Of a DNA stretch of 64,000 bases, positions 11,901 through 23,900 are shown piece after piece. Both the position numbers and the translations under genes were made by a program. Source of the DNA: Amphiscolops sp. MND2022 (lineage: Eukaryota); assembly GCA_964187785.1 (NCBI GenBank), contig OZ076409.1, positions 51,524,001-51,588,000 of the forward strand, written 5' to 3'. The notes under the pieces were generated by a model. The model was not told where the DNA came from. It made no database searches and worked only from the letters and a program-made list of their open reading frames with translations. Position 1 is the first letter of the stretch; every line of letters begins with the position of its first letter.

Positions 11901-14900
11901 CTGCCGCCGCCCGGGCGAAGTGCGACGCCCGCCGGCAAGTTTTTACTCATTGTTTTTACAGCAGTCTTTTTCGCGACACTGGCCAAAAGTTTCCGATTGG
12001 GCTTCTTTTTGCCTGTCAGGACATCTCCAATTTCGGGAATTGCAGTCTCAAGCAAGTTTTTGCCAACTTGTCTTGCTACAGGCAAAACGTATTTCCTTAC
12101 TAGAGGAATGGCCACACGTCCCATACGGACGGCAAAAGCTCCCAGCCCACCTCCAGATCCCATCTGTCTTGCAGGTCCACTGTAATTGGTGTGAGCGACG
12201 ACTGATTTAATTTGCGAATCATAGTGAGCATCCATTGTGAAAGCAAGCCAATTTTGAAATTGACCACCAACTGAACCTCCCACAAGTTGGAGAACAAATG
12301 ACGCCGATTAATATTGCGGCACCGGTCGGAATGCTAAAGTAATGTTGGTGCGTCCGCAGCTCAAAAAGGGCATTTTTTGACCCATCTCATTGGCGAGGGT
12401 TAGACTGATTGACTGAAATTGAGGTTTGACGATTCGCTTCCACTGCAAGTTTGTGAAGCTCTTGTGATTCACTTCACCCATAGTTTGCGCCAAAGTTATA
12501 CTCTTGAGGGGAATGGACCTCAGGAGTGCCGTCTGCGTGTCGCCCAGCGTCTCGTTTTGTACAAAATCACAATAGAGAAACATTGTGTGACTACCGGCAT
12601 TCAGATCGATGGGCCACCGTCCGACTTGTTTCACAACTTTGGCAATTCCTGAAGCAATTTGGTCAGAAGCTTCAGTTTCGTGACGAATTTGTGATTGACA
12701 ATCGATGATTACATCGGTGCCCAAAATGTTTTTCAAATCGTCCGAAACTGCCATAATTTTGAATGCTTCGTTTTCAGCAATTGCGCTCGACTTGACATGT
12801 AATCGTCTAGTTACACTATCAATTTTCCAAGACATAAAAGAGTCATTCGTCCGAGGAGTTGCGTTCAATTGGCCATCTTTCTTGCCCAGAGCAGCTTTCA
12901 TGATGGCTTTCATTATTGCGTCGACCGATGGGTAACAACCGGGCTTTATACAAAGCGTTACAGGTTCACTGTAATTTGGTATTTGGGTTAATGCAGAGGG
13001 GACTGTCATCGAGATCAAACCGTGTTTGTGATGCCTAGGATATTTTTCAACTGGCAAAGCCGGCACTTTTTTTGAGACTGTAAACTCTCCAACAGTAACG
13101 TTTTGGACCATTGCCGGCCAAGCAATTTCAACCAGTGCCACTTGCCAATCGCCAGGCAAGGACATTGTTGTTGGTAACAGCGTCGTGAAGTTTGACAAAG
13201 AGTTTCCGGGAAAAGTAGTCATGGACGCGTTCGATACTAGGTTCATCGTAAAATCTTGACCGCCTCGGTTGCTTGTTCTGGCCATGTCTCCGATTGGTTT
13301 CAGACTAGGATGGTACTACAAACTTCACGAGTTCAGGTTCGTAAAACTTGCCCTGTATAATTTCGTTATTTCTATCCTTGACAGTGTAAGTGGGAGGGTT
13401 GCAAGTGGGAATCGAAGTTACAGTGAACAACTCTTCAGTGAATTGTATCTTATAGCCTCGATGAAATGTATCAATTTTGCGTCGAATTCGAACTTGATCG
13501 CCAATTCTGAATTTTGGTTGCCGCAGAACATTGGTGTGACAAAGCGATACTAAGTAGGGCACGTCTTTTTTGGAGACTGAAGCGGGAGCCAACTTTGTCA
13601 TGCGGTTCACGCGACGGTTAATGATGGAAACAAACTGATCAATTTCATCAATGTAAGTGTTACGGTCATGCTCGCTCGTGCATGTACTTGAAGATCAATG
13701 ATTTGAGCGATCGAATATTTCTTTCCGCTAGTGCAGACTTTGTTTCGCTTTTGGTGGAATAAATTACAATATCTTTTGACCGACAAAAACTGGCAAACTC
13801 TCCAGAAAATTCGCGGCCCTTGTCTACCCAAATCTTCTCAGGCTGATGCGTTGCACTGCAAATTTTTGGCACCGGAGGCTTTCCGTTTTTGACAATGATC
13901 CTCCTTAGAGCTTCTTTACAAGCTTGTGATGTTTTAACTTTGAGGGGTTCCACCCAGAGATAACGGCTTAGGGCGTCTACTGCCACAAACAGGTATCTAA
14001 TTCCGCTGTTGTTAGCTGCGAGTTTTTGCATATCGGCCAAATCAACTGACCAAATTTCATTCAACCTATAACTGACAACTTTCAATCGCAAGAAACGTTT
14101 CCTGGTTAGTTTGAATTTTGTGTACGTTTCGCTCAATTTGAGGTATCGATCTACATTTTTGGAAGAGCATTGGGAAGTTGTTACCAAGTTGCGTCTGCTT
14201 CCAAATGCTGCTTTACTCCTAGGATTTGTATAACTTTCGTGAATTTTCGTGAAGGAAGTAGCATAATCACGGTCAGTTTCGTCACTGAGTAAAATTCTGC
14301 TTCGATCACACTTAGAGCACAAAAAGTTGTCGTTGTATTCCTTGCTGTTCTCGAGACCGCTGCATTTGAAATGCACCCAACCGCAGACATGACACCAAAG
14401 TGAGGGAGATATTTTGGATCCTTTACCCAGAGGCGTTTTACAAGATCCACAAAACCACCGTTTCATTCTAAAAATTTGTCAACCACTGACTGCTGCTACC
14501 CTGTTCTGTGTCGAGTTTTAGCCTTTTGTAGGGAGACGCTCCGCTCGCTAAGCGAATTTGATGCTGATTTTGATTGCTTGTCTGTCTCGCGTAGGTGTTT
14601 GCCAGCAGAAATTGTGGAATTCTGAGAACTTCAACCAGGGTGAGAAATTTCTTTGGCAATTGTTTCGTATTGACTTGCAATGCTGAGAGAAACTCTACAA
14701 CACTTACTCCCGTGTCTTGTTGATCTAAATTGATGGTGTGATTTGTTTCATCTATCGTAGTTCGTTCGCAATCTTCAATCATTTTTAAAATTTGTCTCGA
14801 CCTTTCAACTTTTCCATCGGTCACGCCAGATTGTAGTAAATTTGACAAAACTTGATCAGATGGGTTTTTGTACGATTGTTTTGTCTCTACGGTGTTCGAA

Positions 14901-17900
14901 GTGCTCGAGTCTCCCGAATGGTATCGTGAATTCAAGTTCAACTGGGCAACTAATGAGTCTTCAGGTAATTCTTTGGCTGTATCGATAGTTTTGAACTGGT
15001 TTTCTTCAATGGGTTCAAAATTAGTTTGAGTAGCTTCGGCAAACTTTGAAAGTAAATGCTGTTTTTGCTTCTCACGTGCGTCTGGTGTTTTCTCTTGTCT
15101 TTTAAGAGAAATGTACTCTTCGTGAGTGATTAAGATTAGGTCACGCAGGCTACTGTTCGATTCCATGGCAACTTTTCAAATGAATTTGTACCGAGGGCAA
15201 AATCAATTTCAACAGACGCAAACCTCTCTCTGAGCCCAATACTTGGCGTTTTCGCTTCAAGGCAACTCGGCGTTTCGGACAAATTTTCTCTAGATTCACT
15301 TTCTCACGTGCCAGGAAAACAGCTTTTTCTTGCAACTTTTTGTCTAGCTTGACTTTCCCCTTTACAACGTTGAAAACACAGTCACAGAAAAACTTCAATA
15401 TGTTATCTGGACAATGTAAAATGAAAATTTTTTTCAATGTAGGTGAAAACTTTAGATATAAATCAACTGTATAGTAATTTTGTAAATTCATCATTGATTG
15501 AGATGAAAAGTTCGTCTCTCGCGCAATAAAAATGGGATGGTTCGTCGCCAGAGCAATGTGAGCAGTATCTGAGGTTCCTGCTGCTCCTCACATCCAAATC
15601 TATCAGTAAATGACCAAATGCTTCTTGAGTCGCTCTTTTATAGACCTTCAGTAGAGTAGAACGCTCGCCCAGTTGACGTCCCAAAATTCCAATTTGTTCA
15701 GAATCTCTTGGACTATTGAATAGAACAATTTGAGTCACATTCAAATCAATCGTCTTTGAGTATTTGGACTGTTGGAAAAGATTGTGCCGTAGCACCATCA
15801 GGTGAACGTTGCGATGACGGCCAGCGATCACTAGGTCCAAAAACTCCTTGCTGTTAGCAGCTTCGTCATACATGTCGTCTATAACGACGAGAGTACGTTG
15901 CTTCAAGATTTCTCCTCGCTCGACCGCATTCCACTCCAAGCCTTGAATGAGTTGCAGATCAACTTTGTTGGCAAGGCATTCTGTTTCAAGTTGTCTATAC
16001 GGTTCCTGGTAATGTTTAAAAAAGTATAGTATTTTGTCAAAGACAGGGCGAAAAATTTTTTCCTGGTTGCAAATCATCCTTCCAATCAATCGTGTCTTGC
16101 CAGAACCAGCTGGACCCACCACAGAAATGAAACAATGAGGATTTGTACTGATTCTCTTGTTCATGACTTTGGACCAGGTAAAATATGACCTATGCAAGCT
16201 GATAGAATCGCTAGAATCCCGGAGGAAACTTTGTTGTCGTTTTCACAAAGAGTTAGGAAAAGAATACAGAACGTAAAAACTGCAATAAGTATGAAATAAT
16301 GTAAAAAGACCAACACCAGCGACCTTTCGACTCGGGAATTACAACAACAAAAAGTGTAGGGTGGTCTTTCGTTGTCTGTTTGGTCGAATATGATTCTTTC
16401 AAGGTTCGGAACCGATAAATTTCCGTGATCGATTTGATCCTCTTGATCGCTTCGGTTGTTCAACGACCAGTTACTGTAGTAGCCACTAGTATGGCTCAAA
16501 TCAGGGCCGCTCATAACCTAGCGTAGTTTTGAATCAAATTGATATATCTCCACTTCAGGATGCAACTGAACGGAATAATATTCAAAGTACAAATGATTGT
16601 TAAAATGGAAAAGCATCGAAATGCTCTCGATGGAACAATTTGACGAATAACCAATATGATATTCCTGAGAAATGTCCTAGTAGCATATTGTTGTGGAAAG
16701 ACTGAGCCTTTGTGAGAGTGTAGACGTAACCTGGGCCAATTTCCTCGAAGCTGCGCATGTACCCATAAGCATCATGGAAAATTGCATGCATCCTCAAAAT
16801 TTTTGAAAACTTTAGATAATTATCCAACTTACTATCGCCTGGCCCTATCTTGCCTCCGAAAGGTGCTTTAAGGTTAACTTCCCTCAAATCAACATTCTCG
16901 TCTATATAACGACAAACTGCTAAGAAAGCGTTTTTGGTTGTGCTGTTTTTAGGAAAGCAGTAGTTAACTGCCACAAAATTTTCACAAATTTGTCTCGCAG
17001 AAAACATTACAGTTTCTCTGAAAGTTTGAATTGTAAAACAAGCCAACTGTTTTCAAATTGAAATTAATTATAAAACAAGCCAACTGTTTCCAAATTGAAA
17101 TTTTACAGAAATGAAGTATCGATTATGGTGTCTTCATTATAAGGGGAAAACAGTTGAGAGCTTGATGATGTGTTGTCGATAGCTTCGTCGAGTTGCAAAG
17201 GTTGGTTCAGACATTCAAAGCACATGCATTGAGCATTTGAGACTCCCAGATCAATATCCAATATTCTACTGTGCTCTGATAGAAAAAGTCGTCCGATACC
17301 TCGTTGTAAAAGTTCAATATAAGATATCACAGTATCCTTGAAAGGCGCATCACTTTTTTCAAGTTCCACGAGCTTTTGGAAAATGTATAAAGCCTTTTCA
17401 TTATCGGGACAGTCACCCAAGGAATTGTGTCTGTTAAGTTCCCAAACGCAGTTGAAACTACAACCCAAACTTTCAGTTGTTTTCCGAGTCATTAGACTCT
17501 TCATTATCTCCCCTTCTACAATGAGAGATCTATGACAAAAAGTTGACGTCTCTGTTTTCAGAAAGTTTTCTGGATACGAAACTGTGAGAAGTCGTACCTT
17601 TGCCCATTGTTCATTGGACAAAACTTGTGAAATGGTTTGTTTCAACATTGTTTCTGCGTTAGTTGATTGTGGGAGGTACAAGAGAACATGATGATGATTT
17701 GTAGGCATGGCTTCACAAAACTCGTCCAGCGATCCATTAGTGGAGTCCTCTTTAGTATGAACTCTTCCAATGAATTGGCATTTGTGAGAATTGGAGAGTG
17801 TTTCCAGCAATTTGGAAAGACTTGTTGATGATTTTGAGTTGCTGTCCTTCTCGTAGACATCACTGTAGATTTGGGATTCTTCCGTTGAAAACAAGAGCAG

Positions 17901-20900
17901 CCAATAATTACTCGGTATTTCGCGAAACACTGAAGTCATTTCGCGCCTAGTGGTAAGGCTTGTTAACTGTTCCGGAGACGATTTCAAGTTATAATGACGA
18001 TTTTTCTTATCACACGTATCATCAACGGTAAACATGGAAAATTCCTTTGGAAGATGCCAATGGAAAGTTCCATGTAGAAAGCACAGTTTCTAGGTTTGTG
18101 ATATCTAGATACTGCCGGCCCTGTTTTTTTCAGTTTCGGGAATCAGAATTATCTTCTAAATATATCAATGTCTCATTTTCGGAAATTTATTTATATTCCC
18201 ATTGCTGCTGCTGTCAGAGGACGAAAGGTTAGAATTTTATAGTGAATTTCTTTGCACTGCATTAATGCATGAATAAGAAGCTATTTCTTTCAATTCAAGT
18301 TTCAAATACATATAAGTCGGTCTGCTCGATAGTTTAATATCATTAGTTTGCATTAGTAAACATTCATGACAATTGGCATACATTTCGCTCGGTATGGTTA
18401 AAATGAACTTTAACCTTTCTGACTTAGAATAATTTTGGTCGGGAGCCCTAAAAGTGAGATAGGTTTCTGTCTTAGAATAATTTCGGTTGGGAGCCCTAAA
18501 AGTGAGATAGGTTTCTGACTTAGAATAATTTCGGTTGGGAGCCCAAAACATCATTAAACCCCCCCCTGCTATTACTACTCGTATCGCTTGGGGTATTTTT
18601 TGGCGCTGTAAATTAGATGAATTTTTAACAAAAGTGATCTTTTGCATATTTGAAAAACTTTGAACCATGAGCGGGGCGCCGACTTGCATTCAAAGAGTCC
18701 CTTTTTGATTTTTCGGCGCTGTAGGGTATTTGTTTCTCGAAGTTTTTTCCTGAGTATATTTTAAAGACAGCTGTTTTAACTCTGTCGACTTGGGTCTTTT
18801 CCTGCTTGTTACCAGTAGTTTTTGGTGTTTCTTGTATTATACGGTTTTTAGTATTATACGGCAATGTAAAGAAGGTCAAGTTAATTAAAGGGTCGGCGAT
18901 AGACAGTATAATCTTTGAAAAATTATTTGATTTTACTCACGATAAGATGGTAATGTCTCATACCGTCAGGTTGTTGTGTTGCTTCCGACTCAATTCTATT
19001 GACCATTACTAGTAATTTTTAAATTGTGATATTTATATTTTGATCTTACTCGGTACAAATAATGCCCAGAAGTAATATGTTGTGTTTATGACAAACAAGA
19101 CGGGAATGTCTCAAGTCGGTGCTATGCCTAGGGTTCAAAAAGCGTGTTTAAAGTTTTTAAAGTAAGCTCAAAACGTTTTTTTAAATGAAAAACTCACAAA
19201 AAAGTTTCGAAATACCCAAAGGATGCCGTTCGTGCTCGGAAAACGTTCAGAAGTTCGGATATAGCGTGCTGCGACAAATGGGAGCGCTTCAAGTTGTTTT
19301 CGAACCTTCACCTCCTCCTTAGTAAAATGCAAAGTAGTTCGGATATAACGTCAAACTTCGAATATAGCGATTTAATTGGGATAAAACGTTAAAAACTCGG
19401 ATATTATTGAACAAAAAATATTGGTGGATATTTATTGAGAACCTGATATCTGACAAACAAGCCGGGAACGGTCCAAGTCGGCGCCCCACTCAAGGTTCAA
19501 AAAAGAAAAGTATGTTAAATATGCAAAAGGATACTTTTGGTAAAATTTCATCAACTTTACAGTGCCAAAAAATACCCCAAGGGATATGCATAAGACTCGA
19601 AAACCACTTTTTCCCCAAACTGCAGACTTTCAAAAAACGAAAAATTGAAGAATTTTTTTTCGAAACTTTGAAAATTCTTTGATGAAGGTATCCGGTATGT
19701 GGCATTGTGCCGAAGACCATAAAAATTCCTGTATTTTCGCAAACATTTCGTTTCTAGTGAAAATTGAGGGGGCTTTTATATAGGCAAATTAGAGAAAGTC
19801 TCATGGAAAAACGCCGGTCTAATACAAATTCCGGATATAGCGTGCTGGAAAAACCTAATTTAAGGACGACAAACAATCGTTTTGAAAAGTCTCACAATGC
19901 CGAAAATTGTAAGAGAGGGACCATTTGGGCTTTTTAAACGTTCACTCTGTTGCCAAAGTCAAGTCAACTATTCTCCATTTCGCTGGACTTTTCATTTATT
20001 TTAGGTAAGTTTCAAGTTCTAATTGATGTTTATACAGTTGGTAGTTGTCACAGCGAGTTATTATTTTCCGACCCCACATTTTATAAATGAGGGAGGAAAA
20101 TCATGATCTGTGACGCGTTTTTTTTCAAATTTTGTCAAATCCACAATCTCCACCTTTTGATTACTTGACAATTTAAATAGCTACTAGTAACTAAAATAGT
20201 CAAGTAACTAAAATACCATACAGCGGGAATAATATCTAAAGTCAAAAAAGGGAATCAGATTTCAGGGCGGGAATAAGATCTAAAAGGAATAAGATCTAGA
20301 ATCACTAAATTTTAGATCTTATTGTCAAGATCCTATTCCCCCCTCCCAAAATAGCTGTGGCTCAGTTCGCGAAGGCGAACAGGGCGGAAAATATCCCGGT
20401 GCTTAGCGGGCGTCTTGTTTTCTACCATAACCTGCCACGATTGAAATGCAAGTTGATTGCATGTCTTTCACAGACTTTTCAAATTATGCATCAGCCTGAA
20501 TAGATATCGGCAAATGGTATACCAGTTTATCAAAGTTTGCCTCATTCTTTGGTGCCACGCCTTTATCTGGTAATTGTTTCTCAGGGTTCCCATTTTGTTT
20601 CTCAGGGTTCCCATTTTGAAAAATGCTTTTTTGTTTTTTTTTCAATGTTGTATTTCATCGCAGTTTGAACCGTATTGTTAAATCGAAAGACAATTCCCAC
20701 GTAGCAGAATGTGTCAACTCGCTCTAGTGCTTTACCATCAGCAAGGATGGGAAATATTTCCGTACTTTACGCATGGAAAAAATCATTTGTTTCAATTTTT
20801 ATAGACATTCTATTTTGCTTGCAGTATTCCAAGGTCGCCTCAACAGCTTTCTTTTGCATAATACTCTCTGTTTCGGGTAAAAGCAGTGTATCATGCACAT

Positions 20901-23900
20901 ACAGAATCACAAAAACCTTCAAGAAACGTTGTACATTTTGAACTAAGCATGTTGAAGGCCAGTGAACTTCGACGAGACGAAGGCTTGAAAGTCATTCATG
21001 AAAAACAATGAAGAGCAGAGGTGATAGATTATCACCTTGTCTAACTCCTATTCGGCATTCAAAAACATCAGTAAGCGACCCATTACCGTTTACACACGCT
21101 TTTGTTTTTAATATCTGCGATAGCAGGAATATTATTGAAATCTGAAGATGTCAGTAAAATTCTCGCACGATCTTGTTCGGCAGTGACTGTCAGCGTGATA
21201 ATTAAATTTCTCAAGCTGCCGACGACAATTCCTTTCTCGTGCGATAAAACGAGCGAGTGGTAATTATGCATTCGTATGCCGACGTCATTGAGATCAAGCG
21301 AGCGAATGTTCGTAATTGTGCTTTCGTTGCGCCGAGTCGAGTTATTGAGATGAAGCGAATGAGTGGTAATTATTCTTTCGCGGAGGGCTTCGCCTGCATT
21401 CAAATATATATTTGCTTTAGTCCGAGATTTACTACTATTACTACTAAAAGACTGAATTGATTCTAGTCAACAAAAAAGAAATACTTGATGATGTTTACAT
21501 GTACAGATGTTTTGAACAACAAATATAAAGGTGGTATAAACTGGTACAGTGAATAATTGTGCGCTAAATAATGATTAAACAGGAGTGTATTGGTCTTCCA
21601 GATATGATTCTATTATTAATGAAAGATTAAAGCAGAAATAGTGTGCCCTGTTTCGGGCCTATTTTTCATAAAGGTTCTTTGACTGACAGGACTTTCTCAT
21701 CAATCGTATATGAAGCCAGCTTCATCCAGAGTAAAGTATGATCAACACCATCGAACGCTTCCTCCTAGTCAATAAAGGTGACAAACAGCCTTTTTCTTTG
21801 GGCTAAGTAGAATGAGTCTGCCATCTAGATCTTTTTACTTTCTTTCCGCTAGAAGAGAAGTAAACAATTTATGTACACAATTTGCAAGATACTATGGAGA
21901 CATTAAAAATTCGAAAAAAAAACGAAAATTGGGAATTTTGAAGTCTCGTTGTGCCGAAAAATCTAAAAGGGTTTCCTTTGTGATTTTTAACATCCTTTCT
22001 GTTGATAAATATTTTGAAAATTAAAGTGGAATCTTCTGGAGACATAAGTTTTTCGAAAAAAGTCTCACAAAGTCGAAAAAGGGGGAAGTCTCAGTGCCAA
22101 AATTTCAAAAATTGTTTGCTTGCTTTCAATCGAGTTTTTTGAGGGATAATTATACTTAGAATCATTTCAGTGGATTTGATTTTCGCGTTTTGATTTTATT
22201 GTCGGAAAAAGTGGTAATGAATGCAAAAAATGTCAAAAATTACTTTGGGATTGGTATAATGTGATTGCTGATATTTGCTCAGAATTGCACCATCGAAAGT
22301 AGCAACATGTCATTTTTCGACGAACCTAAATGTCATTTCTCTCTCTCTCGTTCCTCAGTTTCTTTCATAAGGACTAGTTGTGCTCAATATTGATTGTTTT
22401 CAAGATATTTTGGCCAAAACTGCAGAAATCGCAATTGACCCATCTGCATCTCGAAAATGAACGACATTTAAACTGATTTGTGTGGAAGCCATTTTCGAGA
22501 CTTGGTTCATCGAAAGTAGCTAGAAATGTCACTTCTATGCAAAGTAAAATAGTTTTTTCTTCATAATTTTAAATTTTTCAAGTGAAGCATAATCGAAGTT
22601 CGTATATGTAAAATGCTTGAATTATCTTTGAAATTCCCGAGAAAATTCTAGTTTGAGTAAGAAAATGTTTCCAGCCTAGGCTACAGAGTTTGTTTTCAAT
22701 AGCCTTATGGAGAAGTTGGAGCATTCTCACGTGTAAATCTAGTTTTTCGCAATCTGGTTGGTCGTGGCCTCAACTAACACAAATTGATTTTGACGCTCTT
22801 CACGAAGTATTTTGTTGGCGATTCGATAATGCCGTTAATTGTTTTTCAGCCCTGGAGTCAAAACAACAGACAAGAAACCCATCGAGGCTGTTAGCTCTAG
22901 TAATCATCCTTTCTTCGTAGCAACTTCCTCTAAAGATGGCTCAATCCATATATGGAATTGTCACGCTGTTCCCAAACTTTACTTCAACTTCATCATTGAT
23001 TCATCGGACGAACAAATTATCAACGTTTTCAGCAGTTATCCCGAGGATTCGTCGTCAACAACTGGGTATAGCTCCAGTAAGACTCAAATGTGGGCCGGCT
23101 GTTCTCCTGCATTTTTCATGGAAGAAGTAGTTAGTGAAACTCAAGATACACTAGAAAGTAACCAAATGAAGTACGAAAACTATCCTCAAGTCACATTTCC
23201 GCCTGAAGAAACAACCGGCGCTACTGTGTCCCCCAATTTGGTGACAGTGACATCGTTGGCATTGACAGGATTCGGAGGAGTGAACCCTTCGCCGTTTGGA
23301 TGCCTGGTGATAGTCGGGTGTTTGCTCTCGGACCCGAGAAGTAATAATAGTAATCGCCCAAAAGAAACATGTGTTCTCATTTTCAAAGTTGATGTGTCAG
23401 ACTTACGAGCTGCGCGTCATGCTTTGTTCAACTCGGCACCAGATCACACCAATTTACTTCTCATGGATGACAAGTTCTCGAATTTCGGTGCATCTGAGAT
23501 GGTGACATCAATGCCCCTTTTTTCTCAAGGAATAACAGAAGAGATGATGATCACGGATGCGCATGAGGATTTAATCAACATGGATATAGATTTGCCACTC
23601 CCCGAACCCGACTTCATGTACTATGGCGATGACAGCAACTCGTATCAAGAACATGTCGATGCAGTTAAAGCGTCCATGTTTTGCGAGACTTCAGTCGCTG
23701 ACCCATTCAGCTCGAACGATTGCTCAGGTTGCCCTAACAAGTTGTACAACCTAACTGATGCCAAACTTCTCCAAGCTTTTCCTATTCAAATTGGATCCAA
23801 AGTGACACATATCTTGAATGAGCAGTGTGACAACCAATCTTTTTTGTATGTAGTGGCGTCAAAAAACACAGCGTCGTCAATTTATGTATTCCAACTGAAT

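Larger units (their letters stand above)
4308..18579. mobile_element. Maverick/Polinton (adintovirus-like) element, full length
   Basis: Termini agtagtaatagca / tgctattactact; TSD cgtatc at 4302-4307 and 18580-18585; pPolB, integrase, ATPase, protease, MCP and mCP genes. Confidence 0.96.

Noticed and set aside
13305..14466. LTR retrotransposon integrase
   Set aside because: No gag, RT or LTRs; it sits within Maverick genes and TIRs
9841..18035. Bacterial operon or prophage
   Set aside because: Compact layout reflects a eukaryotic virus-like element with TSD inside a spliced gene
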